Source: Spirochaetales bacterium
GTDB taxonomy: Bacteria; Spirochaetota; Spirochaetia; DSM-2461
DNA length: 64,000 bases
Direction: 5' to 3'
Assembly (NCBI GenBank): GCA_028532905.1
Contig: JAQQAM010000097.1
Coordinates: 8,506 to 72,505, forward strand
Position numbers and translations under genes: made by a program. The notes under the pieces are model-generated. The model was not told the origin of the DNA and ran no database searches. It was given only the letters and a program-made list of their open reading frames with translations. Positions 34,524 through 44,225 of this stretch are shown piece after piece (the stretch's first letter is position 1; each line of letters starts with the position of its first letter).

Positions 34524-36473
34524 ATGTACAAGTCCATTCTGGAAATTCCCTTTGAAACGGTAAAACACTTTCCCAACAGAATATCCCATCAGTATATGAC
34601 TCGAGACGGGGAGAAAACCCGCACCTTTGCCGAGTTTACCAGATATATCAGAGTCCTCACAGCCGGACTGGCGGATGCGGGAATCCAGCGGAAAGACCAT
34701 ATCGGTTTCTTTATGAACAACCGTTATGAATGGATTTCCACAGATATGGCGATTATGGCTCTGGGAGCTGTATCGGTGCCCAGGGGATCGGACACGACTC
34801 CCAGGGAAGTTCAGTTCATCTATAATCATTCCGATTCAAGCTACCTTATTCTGGAGAATATGAACCAGCTCAATGATCTGCTGGAAGTCTTCACAAAGGA
34901 AGACTGGAAAAAATGTATCAAGATTTTTATTCTGGACAGACCGGAAGAGAGCAAAATTCCATTAAAAATCAGGTCGAAAACATTTTTCTATGATCAGATT
35001 CTTGAGGCGGGTGAGAAAAAACTGGCCCAGGAGCCTGATATGATCGAAACTCTGATGAAAGAGATCAATGAGGACGATCTTCTCACCATTGTGTACACAT
35101 CCGGTACCACAGGGAATCCCAAGGGAGTGATGCTCACTCACAGAAACTTTATTCAGAATGTGGTAGCCAACACCCCCCGTCTGGAGATTGATTCCTCCAA
35201 AGCGGAAAAAACCGTCGTTATGCTCCCGTCCTGGCATGTGTATGAACGGGCATTCGAATACTGTGCCCTGGATTCCGCTCTGACCCTGGTCTATTCATCA
35301 GCTGGCCGTTTTGCTTCGGACCTACTGAGAATCAAACCGGAAATCATGATTTCCGTTCCCCGGGTATGGGAGTCCATATACCAGAAAATGATCAAAGCCA
35401 TCAGTCAGATGCCTGCGTTTAAGCGTTATCTCATTTTCTTTTTCATCAAAGTCAATCAAAGCTATTTATCATCTGCACTCTATATCAAGGGCTGTTACAT
35501 CTCTTTGAAAAAACGGTCAGCCCTGAAAAAAGGGATTGTCTGGTTCCTTCATCTGCTTCGTTTTATATTCCTGTATCCGGGCCATAGGATGGCGGGAGTC
35601 CTTTTTAAGCCCTTCCGGGAAAAAGTGGGAGGCCGTTTGAGGGGAGCCACATCGGCAGCCGGGTCTCTGCCCAAGTATCTGGATGAGCTGTTCAATGCCA
35701 TTGGCATAACCCTTGTAAATGCCTATGGAATGACAGAATGTGCTCCCGGTATCCTTTCCCGGACATTTCCCCGGAATACCTTCGGAACAACGGGAGTTCC
35801 CTTCGACAATACAGAGGTACAGATCAGACGGGAAGACGGCAGTGAAACGGATATCGGAGAGAAGGGAATAATCTTTGCCAGAGGTCCCCAGGTGATGCTG
35901 GGGTACTATAAGAATCCTGAGGCTACAGCCGCAGTACTGGACAGTGAAGGCTGGATGAATACCGGAGATCTGGCGGTACGATCAGAAAATGGTGAGATAA
36001 TTATTGTAGGACGCGCCAAAGATACCATTGTCCTTATGGGCGGGGAGAATGTGGAACCCGAACCCATTGAAGACAAAATGAAAGAAAGCCTCTACATCGA
36101 CCATGCCGTTGTTCTGGGACAGGATCAAAAACAGCTTTCCGCCATTGTGGCGGTGAATGAGGAAGAGCTGATGAAGCTGGCATCCGAACTGAAACTGAAG
36201 GATTTTGATATCCATATGTCCGGTAAGGATTCCATAGAACACGATCATATCTATGAAGTGATCATGAAGGAAGTGAACCAGCTCATATCAAAGGAACACG
36301 GATTCAAGCGTTTTGAGTTCATCACAAAAATACTGCCGGTGAAGAATGATTTTTCAATCGGCAGAGAACTGACCCAGACCCTCAAGGTCAAACGCCAGTT
36401 CATCGAGGAAAAATATAAATCTCTGATCAGCCGCCTGATGGATGATACGGATAAGAAAAGAAAGAAAAAATAG
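34524..36473 (+). CDS. Long-chain fatty acid-CoA ligase (AMP-forming, FAA1/FadD-like)
   Basis: AMP-binding motif YTSGTTGNPKGVMLTHRN, NAYGMTE, TGDL. Start moved to ATG 34524 (AAGGA 8 nt upstream). Lys-rich C-terminal tail. Confidence 0.85.
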   Translation: MYKSILEIPFETVKHFPNRISHQYMTRDGEKTRTFAEFTRYIRVLTAGLADAGIQRKDHIGFFMNNRYEWISTDMAIMALGAVSVPRGSDTTPREVQFIYNHSDSSYLILENMNQLNDLLEVFTKEDWKKCIKIFILDRPEESKIPLKIRSKTFFYDQILEAGEKKLAQEPDMIETLMKEINEDDLLTIVYTSGTTGNPKGVMLTHRNFIQNVVANTPRLEIDSSKAEKTVVMLPSWHVYERAFEYCALDSALTLVYSSAGRFASDLLRIKPEIMISVPRVWESIYQKMIKAISQMPAFKRYLIFFFIKVNQSYLSSALYIKGCYISLKKRSALKKGIVWFLHLLRFIFLYPGHRMAGVLFKPFREKVGGRLRGATSAAGSLPKYLDELFNAIGITLVNAYGMTECAPGILSRTFPRNTFGTTGVPFDNTEVQIRREDGSETDIGEKGIIFARGPQVMLGYYKNPEATAAVLDSEGWMNTGDLAVRSENGEIIIVGRAKDTIVLMGGENVEPEPIEDKMKESLYIDHAVVLGQDQKQLSAIVAVNEEELMKLASELKLKDFDIHMSGKDSIEHDHIYEVIMKEVNQLISKEHGFKRFEFITKILPVKNDFSIGRELTQTLKVKRQFIEEKYKSLISRLMDDTDKKRKKK

Positions 36474-36514
36474 TATTCTCCTGTGAGAAAACCTCCCCTC
36501 CCCTGGAAGGGCTA

Positions 36515-37882
36515 TCAGGACGCCTGCTTCAGAGAGTGGCTGATCCGGCGCACCTGCTTCTCATCCAGAGGCCTGAACCTGAAAAGAAGAAAAGCAGTAA
36601 TCAGAGTCAGACCTTCTGCAAAGACAGCCGTCAGCCACAGACCGTCATCCCCCAGAAACAGGGGCAGGACAAAGAGGCCTGTCATAAAAAACAGAAGGCT
36701 TCTGCAAAATGCAATAACCGCCGAATCTGCCGCTCTGTGGACTGCAGTGAAAAACATGGACATCACAAAGTTGGAACCTGTCAGCAACAGGGAGAAACTG
36801 TACAACAGGGCAATTCTGGCGGTCAGTTCCACAACATCCGTCCGGGTTCCTGCAAACAGGAGGGCCAGGGGCCGTCTGAGACTGATCATAACGGTACAGG
36901 CCATAAGGCCGGCCCCGATATTGACCAGCAGCCCCAGTTTGAGGAATGATCTGATCCGGTCCAGTTTCCCGGCACCCAGATTATAGCTGATCCCCGGCTG
37001 TACGGCCTGGGCAATTCCGCCGAAAATCATCTTGGCCAGCATGGCACCGTAACCCACGACACTGAAGGCGGCTACACCGGGACTGCCCAGCCGGGTCAGG
37101 AGAATATAATTGAACACAAGGGTCGAGATCCCCAGGGAAAGTTCATTCACCAGCTCTGAAGAACCGTTAAACATCATTTTACCCAGGCGTCTGAACTCAA
37201 AGCGGGGCCGCACCAGCCTGTATCGGGTTTGTCCAGAAATCATATAGCTCCCAAGCAGGACAACAGCTCCCGCCTGGCTGAACCCCGTGGCAAAGGCGGC
37301 GCCTCTCAGTCCCCATCCGAAACGGCCGACAAACAGATAATCCAGAACTATATTCAACAGGGAAGAGCCCAAAAGTACGGTAACAGAGAAAACCGGCGAC
37401 CCGTCGCTCCGGATAAAGGAATCCAGAAGAAAACTGAGCATAAAAAAGAGAAAAAAGAGGATAATAGAGCCCAGGTATTCCTTTACATCTGCCGCCAGAG
37501 CCCCTTCGGCTCCCAGCAACCGGACAAGAGGGTCCATAAAGATCAGTCCGGCAACGGTAATAATCAGGGCCAGGGCCGATATGAGAAGTACAGTGACGGT
37601 GTAGCTGTTCCGGGCTCCCTGTATATTGCCAGCTCCCAGCTCGGCGGCAGCGGTGGTGGCTCCTCCGACTCCGATCATTATACTGAGGCCGATGGCCAGT
37701 GACGCCAGAGGATTGATCAGATTCACAGCTGCCAGGGCTGAGGTTCCCACAAAACGGCCTATAAAGATACCGTCGATGATTCCGGCGGCAGACATGGCAA
37801 TCATTCCCATCACACCCGGAAGAGCATAAGCGATGAATATCTTTCCAATGGGATCTTTCCCCAGGTCAAAAGTCTTGTTCAT
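36515..37882 (-). CDS. MATE family efflux transporter
   Basis: 455 aa, 12 TM segments, N-terminus IFIAYALPGVMGMIAMSAAGIIDGIFIGRFVG typical of the NorM/DinF family. Confidence 0.85.
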   Translation of the reverse strand: MNKTFDLGKDPIGKIFIAYALPGVMGMIAMSAAGIIDGIFIGRFVGTSALAAVNLINPLASLAIGLSIMIGVGGATTAAAELGAGNIQGARNSYTVTVLLISALALIITVAGLIFMDPLVRLLGAEGALAADVKEYLGSIILFFLFFMLSFLLDSFIRSDGSPVFSVTVLLGSSLLNIVLDYLFVGRFGWGLRGAAFATGFSQAGAVVLLGSYMISGQTRYRLVRPRFEFRRLGKMMFNGSSELVNELSLGISTLVFNYILLTRLGSPGVAAFSVVGYGAMLAKMIFGGIAQAVQPGISYNLGAGKLDRIRSFLKLGLLVNIGAGLMACTVMISLRRPLALLFAGTRTDVVELTARIALLYSFSLLLTGSNFVMSMFFTAVHRAADSAVIAFCRSLLFFMTGLFVLPLFLGDDGLWLTAVFAEGLTLITAFLLFRFRPLDEKQVRRISHSLKQAS

Positions 37883-37889
37883 ACTTTAA

Positions 37890-37920
37890 AAGGTAAACCC
37901 TGGAGCAAGTCCAGGGTCAA
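37890..37920 (-). promoter_or_regulatory. MerR-type promoter/operator for the MATE gene: -35 TTGACC, 19-bp spacer carrying a perfect 8-5-8 palindrome, -10 TACCTT
   Basis: The minus strand reads TTGACC-CTGGACTTGCTCCAGGGTT-TACCTT-TTAAAGT-ATG. The palindrome ACCCTGGA-N5-TCCAGGGT spans 37897-37917. A 19-bp spacer is the hallmark of MerR-family-activated promoters, and a MerR/GyrI-like regulator gene lies immediately upstream. Confidence 0.6.
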
Positions 37921-37962
37921 GAAAAGATGTTCAGTTTCTAAAAAATAGTGGATGTATCCTGC

Positions 37963-38784
37963 TTATGTCTGCACTACCTGTCTGATAAAAATCTGCATCT
38001 CATTCACCCAGTCCTGTTTCCGGTGGGAGTGGAAGTCATCAATCTGCCACAGCTGGTATACCGGCCCATCTCCCTCCAGACCCTTCTGATCCATCCAGAT
38101 TTTCATCTTATCCAGCCGTTCGGAAAAACTGCTCTGTTCAATGCCTTTGTAAAGATAGGAGACATAGGAGCCGGGATCGATATGCCTGTCTGCTGAGGGA
38201 AAATACTCATAGCAGTAGTAGGCCAGATGATATAACCCCGAGTCATCAGGACGGAATTCAGTCCCCAGATGCCCGGAAATATACCAGTCCTCCGGAATCT
38301 GTTCCTCTGCCGCATTCAGGTAACTTCTGACAAGAGCCATCTCATCGATTTCATCATTGATATGAAGATCCTTCTTTATATAGAAAACCGAACGGGTCCG
38401 GCGGCTTTCTCTCAGAATAATCTGCCCCGCATTATCCCTGTAGTCCTTCAGATAGGTCATCTGGCTTTGAACTGAATCACGGATATAACTCAGTTCCTGA
38501 ATCTGATGGTCAAGAAAAGAGATACGGGACTCAAGGAGATCCATGGTGTCGTCAATGCTGTAATCCTCCAGAAACGCAGCAATCTCTTTTAAGGGGAGAT
38601 CCATTTTCCGTAACAGAAGTACAGCTGTCAGCCTGGAAATATCCTGATAATTGTAGAGGCGGTAGTTGTTGCCCCTCCTTTCCGAGGGGCTGAGTATTCC
38701 TTTTTTGTCATAGAATCGAAGGGTGTCTGCAGAGATGCGGAACAGACGGGCCACTTCACTGATAAGGAGTCCTCCGGGATTCAT
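37963..38784 (-). CDS. MerR-family transcriptional regulator with a C-terminal GyrI-like effector-binding domain (BmrR-like)
   Basis: N-terminal HTH LISEVARLFRISADTLRFYDKKGILSP followed by a coiled-coil region. The tail of about 150 aa has GyrI-like character. Confidence 0.8.
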   Translation of the reverse strand: MNPGGLLISEVARLFRISADTLRFYDKKGILSPSERRGNNYRLYNYQDISRLTAVLLLRKMDLPLKEIAAFLEDYSIDDTMDLLESRISFLDHQIQELSYIRDSVQSQMTYLKDYRDNAGQIILRESRRTRSVFYIKKDLHINDEIDEMALVRSYLNAAEEQIPEDWYISGHLGTEFRPDDSGLYHLAYYCYEYFPSADRHIDPGSYVSYLYKGIEQSSFSERLDKMKIWMDQKGLEGDGPVYQLWQIDDFHSHRKQDWVNEMQIFIRQVVQT

Positions 38785-38785
38785 G

Positions 38786-39664
38786 TCATGTTAGTTCCCG
38801 GCTCCAGGGGACGGCATCCATGGCTCCGGGTCTGGACACAGTTATAGAGGCAGCACCCGCCGCCCGGATCATGGCCTCTTTGACTCCCAGGCCTTTCAGC
38901 CTGCCAGCCAGAAAATAACCAAAATAGGTATCTCCGGCGGCTGTTGTATCCACCACTGTGGCTTTGGCGACAGGAGCAAACTCACGAAACTCATCCTTCC
39001 CGTACCAGGAGCCGTCAGCCCCTGCGGTCAGAATGATGTCCAGTCCGGGATACCGGGAGCAGAGGGTGTTCAGGGTCTCTTCATAGCTTCCCGTACTACC
39101 GGCCAGATCCTGGCCTTCAATCTCATTCACAACCAGCATATCCAGCTTCTCCAGAGACCAGGTTTTCACTTCTTCCGTATAAGGAGCCGGATTCAGGCAG
39201 ATGTTCATGCCCCGCTCATAGGCTTTCTCAATAATATAGGGCGTCAGGTTCACCTCATTCTGAAGCACCAGATAATCCCCTTCTTCAAAATGAGAGAGGG
39301 TGTCATCAATATCCTCACGGCGGTTGTTTGCGTTTCCGCCTCCCACAAGAACTATGGAATTCTGTCCCTCTTCGCTGACCTGGATAATAGCCTGTCCTGT
39401 GATTCCCTCATAACTGCGGATAAAATCCGTCTTTACCGTATAGCTTTCCAGAAGTTCTTTCAGCCATTCCCCGTCACTGCCGATGGTGCCGGCATGCCAG
39501 ACAGAGGCTCCCGCCTTGGCAAGAGCCACAGACTGGTTAGCCCCTTTGCCTCCGGCATTCTTACTGACATCAGAAGCCGGAATTGTCTCACCGGGTTTAA
39601 CAATATGGGGTACTTGATACACAATATCTATATTCAAAGATCCATAATTCAGTATTTTCATCAT
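38786..39664 (-). CDS. rbsK: Ribokinase / PfkB-family sugar kinase
   Basis: GSLNIDIVY, NAGGKGANQSVA, DTTAAGDTYFGYF. Start set at ATG 39664 (MMKILNYGS). The track ORF uses an upstream TTG at 39697. Confidence 0.8.
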   Translation of the reverse strand: MMKILNYGSLNIDIVYQVPHIVKPGETIPASDVSKNAGGKGANQSVALAKAGASVWHAGTIGSDGEWLKELLESYTVKTDFIRSYEGITGQAIIQVSEEGQNSIVLVGGGNANNRREDIDDTLSHFEEGDYLVLQNEVNLTPYIIEKAYERGMNICLNPAPYTEEVKTWSLEKLDMLVVNEIEGQDLAGSTGSYEETLNTLCSRYPGLDIILTAGADGSWYGKDEFREFAPVAKATVVDTTAAGDTYFGYFLAGRLKGLGVKEAMIRAAGAASITVSRPGAMDAVPWSRELT

Positions 39665-39905
39665 ATCCAATCTATTCTGTATTTGAAAAATGGACAAGTT
39701 TTTTTTATGCCGCTGCTGTAAGGGAGTTCAGAAAAGAATAAGACATATATGTAATAAAAAAATCATTAAAACCCTGATATCGGGGGGATTAAATGCATAA
39801 ATATACAGAACAATTGACATATTCTTACACCATACGTATGATTGGTATACATTTTCGATTTCTTTTTTTAAAGAAACTAAATAATCTAAACCTCAGGAGT
39901 AACAC

Positions 39906-41372
39906 ATGACAATTCTCTATGTGCAGTTTGCACTGTATCTGATTCTGATGCTCGGAATCGGTTACTATTATATGAAAAAAACCGGTAGCAACGCAGATTA
40001 TCTGATTGGTGGAAGAACCATAGGTCCTTTTACATCTGCCATCTCCGCAGGGGCATCGGATATGTCCAGCTGGCTTCTGCTGGGTCTTCCCGGTGCTGTT
40101 TTTGCCAGCGGTCTGATTGAAGGTGTATGGATATCTCTGGGTCTTTCCATAGGTGCCTATCTCAACTGGCTGATTGTAGCCGGCCGCCTGAGGTCCATGT
40201 CTGAAAAGATGGATGCCCTGACTCTGCCGAGTTTTATCTCCAGTCGTTTTGATGACAAAGCGGGTGTCCTGAAAATTGTATCTACACTGGTTATCCTCTT
40301 TTTCTTTACACTGTATGTGGCCTCCGGACTTAAGGGTGGAACACTCCTGTTTGCCCACACCTTCGGAGCATCCGAGCAGGCGGGACTGATTATTACCACT
40401 CTGGTGGTTGTATCCTATACCTTTCTGGGGGGATATATGGCTGTCTGCTGGACCGACCTGATTCAGGGACTCCTTATGCTGACAGCTCTTGTGTTCTGTG
40501 CCCTCCTTGGTTTTTTTGCCATTACCGGCTCTGGTGTGGATATCAGCAGCATCAATCCCGATGCCTTCAGTATCTCCACAGGCTGGATCACAGCCATATC
40601 TCTGATGGCCTGGGGATTCGGATACTTCGGCCAGCCCCATATCCTCACCAGATTTATCGGAATCAAGGATGTTCAGTCTGTAAAAAGCGCCAGAAGAATC
40701 GGTATCAGCTGGATGGTGATCTGCCTGATTCTCGCAACTCTGATCGGTATTATCGGAATCGGATACAATGCAATCCATCCCATGGAAGGGATTGCCGGAC
40801 CTGACGGAAACAGTGAACGGATTTTCCTTGCCCTGACCACGGCTCTTTTTCATCCTGTATTCGGCGGATTTGTTCTGGCTGCCGTTCTGGCTGCGGTTAT
40901 GTCCACTGCCGACTCTCAGCTTCTTGTTCTGACCTCCTCTCTGACAGAAGATATTCCTTTTATTCAGAAGAAGGATGAAAAAACAAAAGCTCTGATCAGC
41001 CGTCTGGGTGTTATCGGTTTTGCGATTGTGGCTTTTCTTATTTCCGCCAGAGATTCGGGCAATATTCTGAATATGGTGGGCTACGCCTGGGGCGGATTCG
41101 GTGCCGCTTTCGGTCCCCTTGTCATCCTGGCCCTCTGCTGGAGATCCATGACCGCCGCCGGGGCACTCGCCGGAATGATCAGCGGATCTGTGACCATCTT
41201 TATTATCAAGAATTACATATCCATTGAGGGTGAATATTTCTATGAACTTCTTCCCGGATTTATCATCGCCTTTGCCGCCATTGTTGTTGTCAGTCTTCTT
41301 ACCAAAAAACCATCGGAAGAGACACTCAAAAAGTTTGATGAGACCAATGCCGAGATAAAAGCCCTCTCCTGA
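39906..41372 (+). CDS. putP: Sodium:proline symporter (SSS family)
   Basis: 488 aa. DYLIGGRTIGPFTSAISAGASDMSSWLLLGLPG and the overall SSS signature. Confidence 0.85.
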   Translation: MTILYVQFALYLILMLGIGYYYMKKTGSNADYLIGGRTIGPFTSAISAGASDMSSWLLLGLPGAVFASGLIEGVWISLGLSIGAYLNWLIVAGRLRSMSEKMDALTLPSFISSRFDDKAGVLKIVSTLVILFFFTLYVASGLKGGTLLFAHTFGASEQAGLIITTLVVVSYTFLGGYMAVCWTDLIQGLLMLTALVFCALLGFFAITGSGVDISSINPDAFSISTGWITAISLMAWGFGYFGQPHILTRFIGIKDVQSVKSARRIGISWMVICLILATLIGIIGIGYNAIHPMEGIAGPDGNSERIFLALTTALFHPVFGGFVLAAVLAAVMSTADSQLLVLTSSLTEDIPFIQKKDEKTKALISRLGVIGFAIVAFLISARDSGNILNMVGYAWGGFGAAFGPLVILALCWRSMTAAGALAGMISGSVTIFIIKNYISIEGEYFYELLPGFIIAFAAIVVVSLLTKKPSEETLKKFDETNAEIKALS

Positions 41373-41394
41373 GGGAACCCTTTATAATAAACAG

Positions 41395-41430
41395 AGGCCC
41401 CTTTCCGAAAAGGAAACGGGGCCTTTTTTT
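41395..41430 (+). terminator. Rho-independent terminator after putP
   Basis: AGGCCCCTTTCC pairs with GGAAACGGGGCCT (one bulge), followed by TTTTTT. Confidence 0.75.
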
Positions 41431-41478
41431 AGTTCATAAAAAAGTTGAACAAAAATACCAGGGCCAAAGACCTGAAAG

Positions 41479-42432
41479 TTATCTGGATTTAGAGGGAATC
41501 ATATTGTGCTTTTCCGCGTCATAAAGGGTCACTCTGTTTTTACCGTTTTTCTTTGATACATACAGAGCCCGGTCGGCTCCTTCAATCAGGTCGGCTGTGG
41601 TATTAATATCTTCAGAAACACAGGCCAGACCAATACTGACTGTGACAGAGAGGCTCTGTCCATCCTCATTGGTGACGACCATTTCTTCTATGGCTCTGCG
41701 AAGTCGTTCAGCAAAAGTGAGAGCCCCATCGGGAGGTGTATCCAGCAGTACAACAGCAAATTCTTCTCCGCCGAAACGGGCGGCTATATCGCTGCCTCTG
41801 ATAATACCTGAACAGACAGTCCCCAGTTCTTTCAGAACCAGATCTCCAAAGGGATGTCCCAGGTTATCATTCACTTTCTTGAAATTATCAATATCCAGCA
41901 TAAGAAAACTGAAGTCCCGATGACTTCTGTTATACCTTTTGATCTCCTCATCCAGCCTGCTGTCCAGATATCGTCTGTTATACAGTCCTGTCAGAGCATC
42001 CTGACGTGTCATCATTTTCAGATTCTGTTCCAGGTAAACACTCTCTGTCACGTTCTGTACAGTGATGACAACCTTTCCCCTGCTGTCTTCATTATCCGGC
42101 AGAGGCACGAGTGAACAACTTTGCTGCATATACTCAAACTGCTTTGCATAGATACCCTTGGCGGGAAAGGGAAAAAGAAAGTTATGCAGTTTCTGTGACA
42201 GATAGACATGATTTTTAAATTTCAAAACAGACTTTATGCTTCTGGTAAAAAAAGGTGTATTCAGATGGGTAAAATGATTAAAAAGGTGGGTACCTTCAAT
42301 ATCTTGTCTTTTGATACCGCTGTTAATTTCCATCCAGTGATTCCAGAGGATCACCGTATAATGGCTGTCCAGAATGACAATTCCCGAATTCAGGACATCT
42401 AGTATACTCCGTTCCAAATGTCTATTCTCCAA
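41479..42432 (-). CDS. PAS-domain diguanylate cyclase (GGDEF)
   Basis: N-terminal PAS (LNSGIVILDSHYTVILWNHWME), active site GGEEF with an RGSD (RxxD) I-site five residues upstream. Confidence 0.85.
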   Translation of the reverse strand: MENRHLERSILDVLNSGIVILDSHYTVILWNHWMEINSGIKRQDIEGTHLFNHFTHLNTPFFTRSIKSVLKFKNHVYLSQKLHNFLFPFPAKGIYAKQFEYMQQSCSLVPLPDNEDSRGKVVITVQNVTESVYLEQNLKMMTRQDALTGLYNRRYLDSRLDEEIKRYNRSHRDFSFLMLDIDNFKKVNDNLGHPFGDLVLKELGTVCSGIIRGSDIAARFGGEEFAVVLLDTPPDGALTFAERLRRAIEEMVVTNEDGQSLSVTVSIGLACVSEDINTTADLIEGADRALYVSKKNGKNRVTLYDAEKHNMIPSKSR

Positions 42433-43057
42433 TAAACTTTGCGAGTGCTTTTTTAAGATGGGGAATAGAATTCTGGCTGTTAATCAGAATCAGATATCCC
42501 TTGGTATTTCTGTCTTCGAAGCTGAAGAAAGTGTTCATTGTTATGGCCAGATCATTTCCAACCAGTTCAGAAGAGACAAAGCTTTCATCAAAATCAGTCC
42601 CTGAGAGGATCTGGGGAGGCTGGTAGGAGATGCGGCTGTTGAGCATCTCAAAGATTCTGCCGATGCAGGCTCCGATGAGTATATTGCTTATTTCAAGGAG
42701 AACCTCTTTTTCCAGATCAATAAGCTGATCAGACTTAAAGGTATCAGCATCGCTGTCCTGAAAATAGGAAATCAGTTCCTTTTCATTTCCATAGGGAAAT
42801 ATAAGAAAAGCCATACCCTCAAAGTCCCCGTCATATTTCTGCTGAACCACAGAACTGGTAGAGAAGTCTGTAATTTCCCTGTTAACAAAATCCGGCAGAT
42901 GGGATACATCCACAGACGAGATACTGGGAACTGTCAGCTGGATGAAAATATCCATGATGTCAGCCAAATCAGCTGCTGCCGAACCAAATGAGATATTCAT
43001 GGTCTCTCTGAGAGCGTCCAGCTCCATATCTGTTAGCATAAATGCATTATCCGTCAT
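42422..43057 (-). CDS. CheC-family CheY-P phosphatase-like protein
   Basis: Two E-x2-N type sites: LRETMNISFGSAAADLA and LLEISNILIGACIG. 211 aa. It overlaps the downstream cyclase gene by 11 nt. Confidence 0.7.
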   Translation of the reverse strand: MTDNAFMLTDMELDALRETMNISFGSAAADLADIMDIFIQLTVPSISSVDVSHLPDFVNREITDFSTSSVVQQKYDGDFEGMAFLIFPYGNEKELISYFQDSDADTFKSDQLIDLEKEVLLEISNILIGACIGRIFEMLNSRISYQPPQILSGTDFDESFVSSELVGNDLAITMNTFFSFEDRNTKGYLILINSQNSIPHLKKALAKFIGE

Positions 43058-43434
43058 CAGACAGACTCCGTAGATTTCTGTTTTATTTCATCAATAAGAT
43101 CATAAACTACTTCTTTATTAGGAAGTTTTTTCAATACCCGGTAGGCTCCCAGACTCATACAGCGTTCAATGGACTTCTGCTGAATATCCGCTGTAAGTAC
43201 AACAACGACTGCTTCTGAATTAATTTTAATGATTTTTTCAAGAGCTTCGTATCCATCCATGACAGGCATAGTCAGATCCAGAAAGACAAGATCCGGTCTT
43301 TCCTGAGTATAAATATCAACGGCGATTGCACCATTTTCTGCTTCAGACAGCTCAAAACCTGAGTCATAATCCAATAGTATGGATTTAATTAGCATTCTGG
43401 CTGCCCTCGAGTCATCAACAATCAGAAGTTTCAT
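43057..43434 (-). CDS. CheY-like single-domain response regulator
   Basis: LLIVDDS, LVFLDLTMPVMDG, VLKKL. 125 aa. Its stop overlaps the cheC-like start. Confidence 0.85.
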   Translation of the reverse strand: MKLLIVDDSRAARMLIKSILLDYDSGFELSEAENGAIAVDIYTQERPDLVFLDLTMPVMDGYEALEKIIKINSEAVVVVLTADIQQKSIERCMSLGAYRVLKKLPNKEVVYDLIDEIKQKSTESV

Positions 43435-43604
43435 GAACCATCCTTAGTATATGCCTCTCCTGAAGGAAAGAACACTTGTCATATATGTATAAATACTATG
43501 CGAGTCTTTATCAAAAGTCAAAAGAACTAATATAATTACTCCCTGGGAAGCATTATGACTCTTTTTATAGACAGATTCCCATAAATTTGAGGAGACCTTT
43601 TTTG

Positions 43605-44225
43605 ATGAGTGAACTGTATCTGATCAGACACGCCCAGAGTGTGGCAAACGAAAAACGGATTATGGCCAGCCGGCAGGCATTCCCTTTGACGGAAGCAGGA
43701 AAGGCCGATGCGGCTCTGATCGCCTCACAACTGTCAGAAATAACAGAAATTGACAGAATAATCTCTTCCCCTCTGATCAGGGCGAAGCAGACAGCCGGCG
43801 CTTTCGCTTCTGTTTATAATCTGGAGGTCGAGGAAGATGAACGGATTTCTGAACAGGAACTGGGCCGCTACTCCGGCATGACCTACGATCAGGTAAAAAC
43901 AGAAGAACAGTATGAGACGGTAACCTCCAGAAGATGGAACTGGATACCCGAAGGAGGAGGAGAGTCCTACAGCATGATTGCCTCACGGGTACAGGGATTC
44001 TTCCAGTCAGTTCCCGCCGGAAAACAGGAGAAGATTCTGATTGTCACCCATGCGGTTACCTTCCGGCTGATCCGGGCTGTTCTGGAGAATACCCTGCCGG
44101 CCTACCCCGACAGCTTCCCCAATAACGGAGAGATCTGGAAAGTGGATTTCAAAGGGCTCGGTGTGTATCACCCCATTGAATCCCTGCTATTGGGAAACAG
44201 CAGAGATTTTGTACACAACCCCTGA
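43605..44225 (+). CDS. Histidine phosphatase family protein (phosphoglycerate mutase/CobC-like)
   Basis: LYLIRHAQS (RHG-type motif), SSPLIRAKQTA, VTHA. Start set at ATG 43605 with GAGGAG upstream. Confidence 0.75.
   Translation: MSELYLIRHAQSVANEKRIMASRQAFPLTEAGKADAALIASQLSEITEIDRIISSPLIRAKQTAGAFASVYNLEVEEDERISEQELGRYSGMTYDQVKTEEQYETVTSRRWNWIPEGGGESYSMIASRVQGFFQSVPAGKQEKILIVTHAVTFRLIRAVLENTLPAYPDSFPNNGEIWKVDFKGLGVYHPIESLLLGNSRDFVHNP

Noticed and set aside
36474-36514. Possible terminator between the convergent fadD-like and MATE genes
   Set aside because: I could not find a convincing stem-loop or T-tract in the 41-nt gap.
39825-40853. 342-aa ORF on the minus strand
   Set aside because: It is antisense to putP. 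The product is Gly/Gln/His/Cys-rich with no hydrophobic core or known motif.
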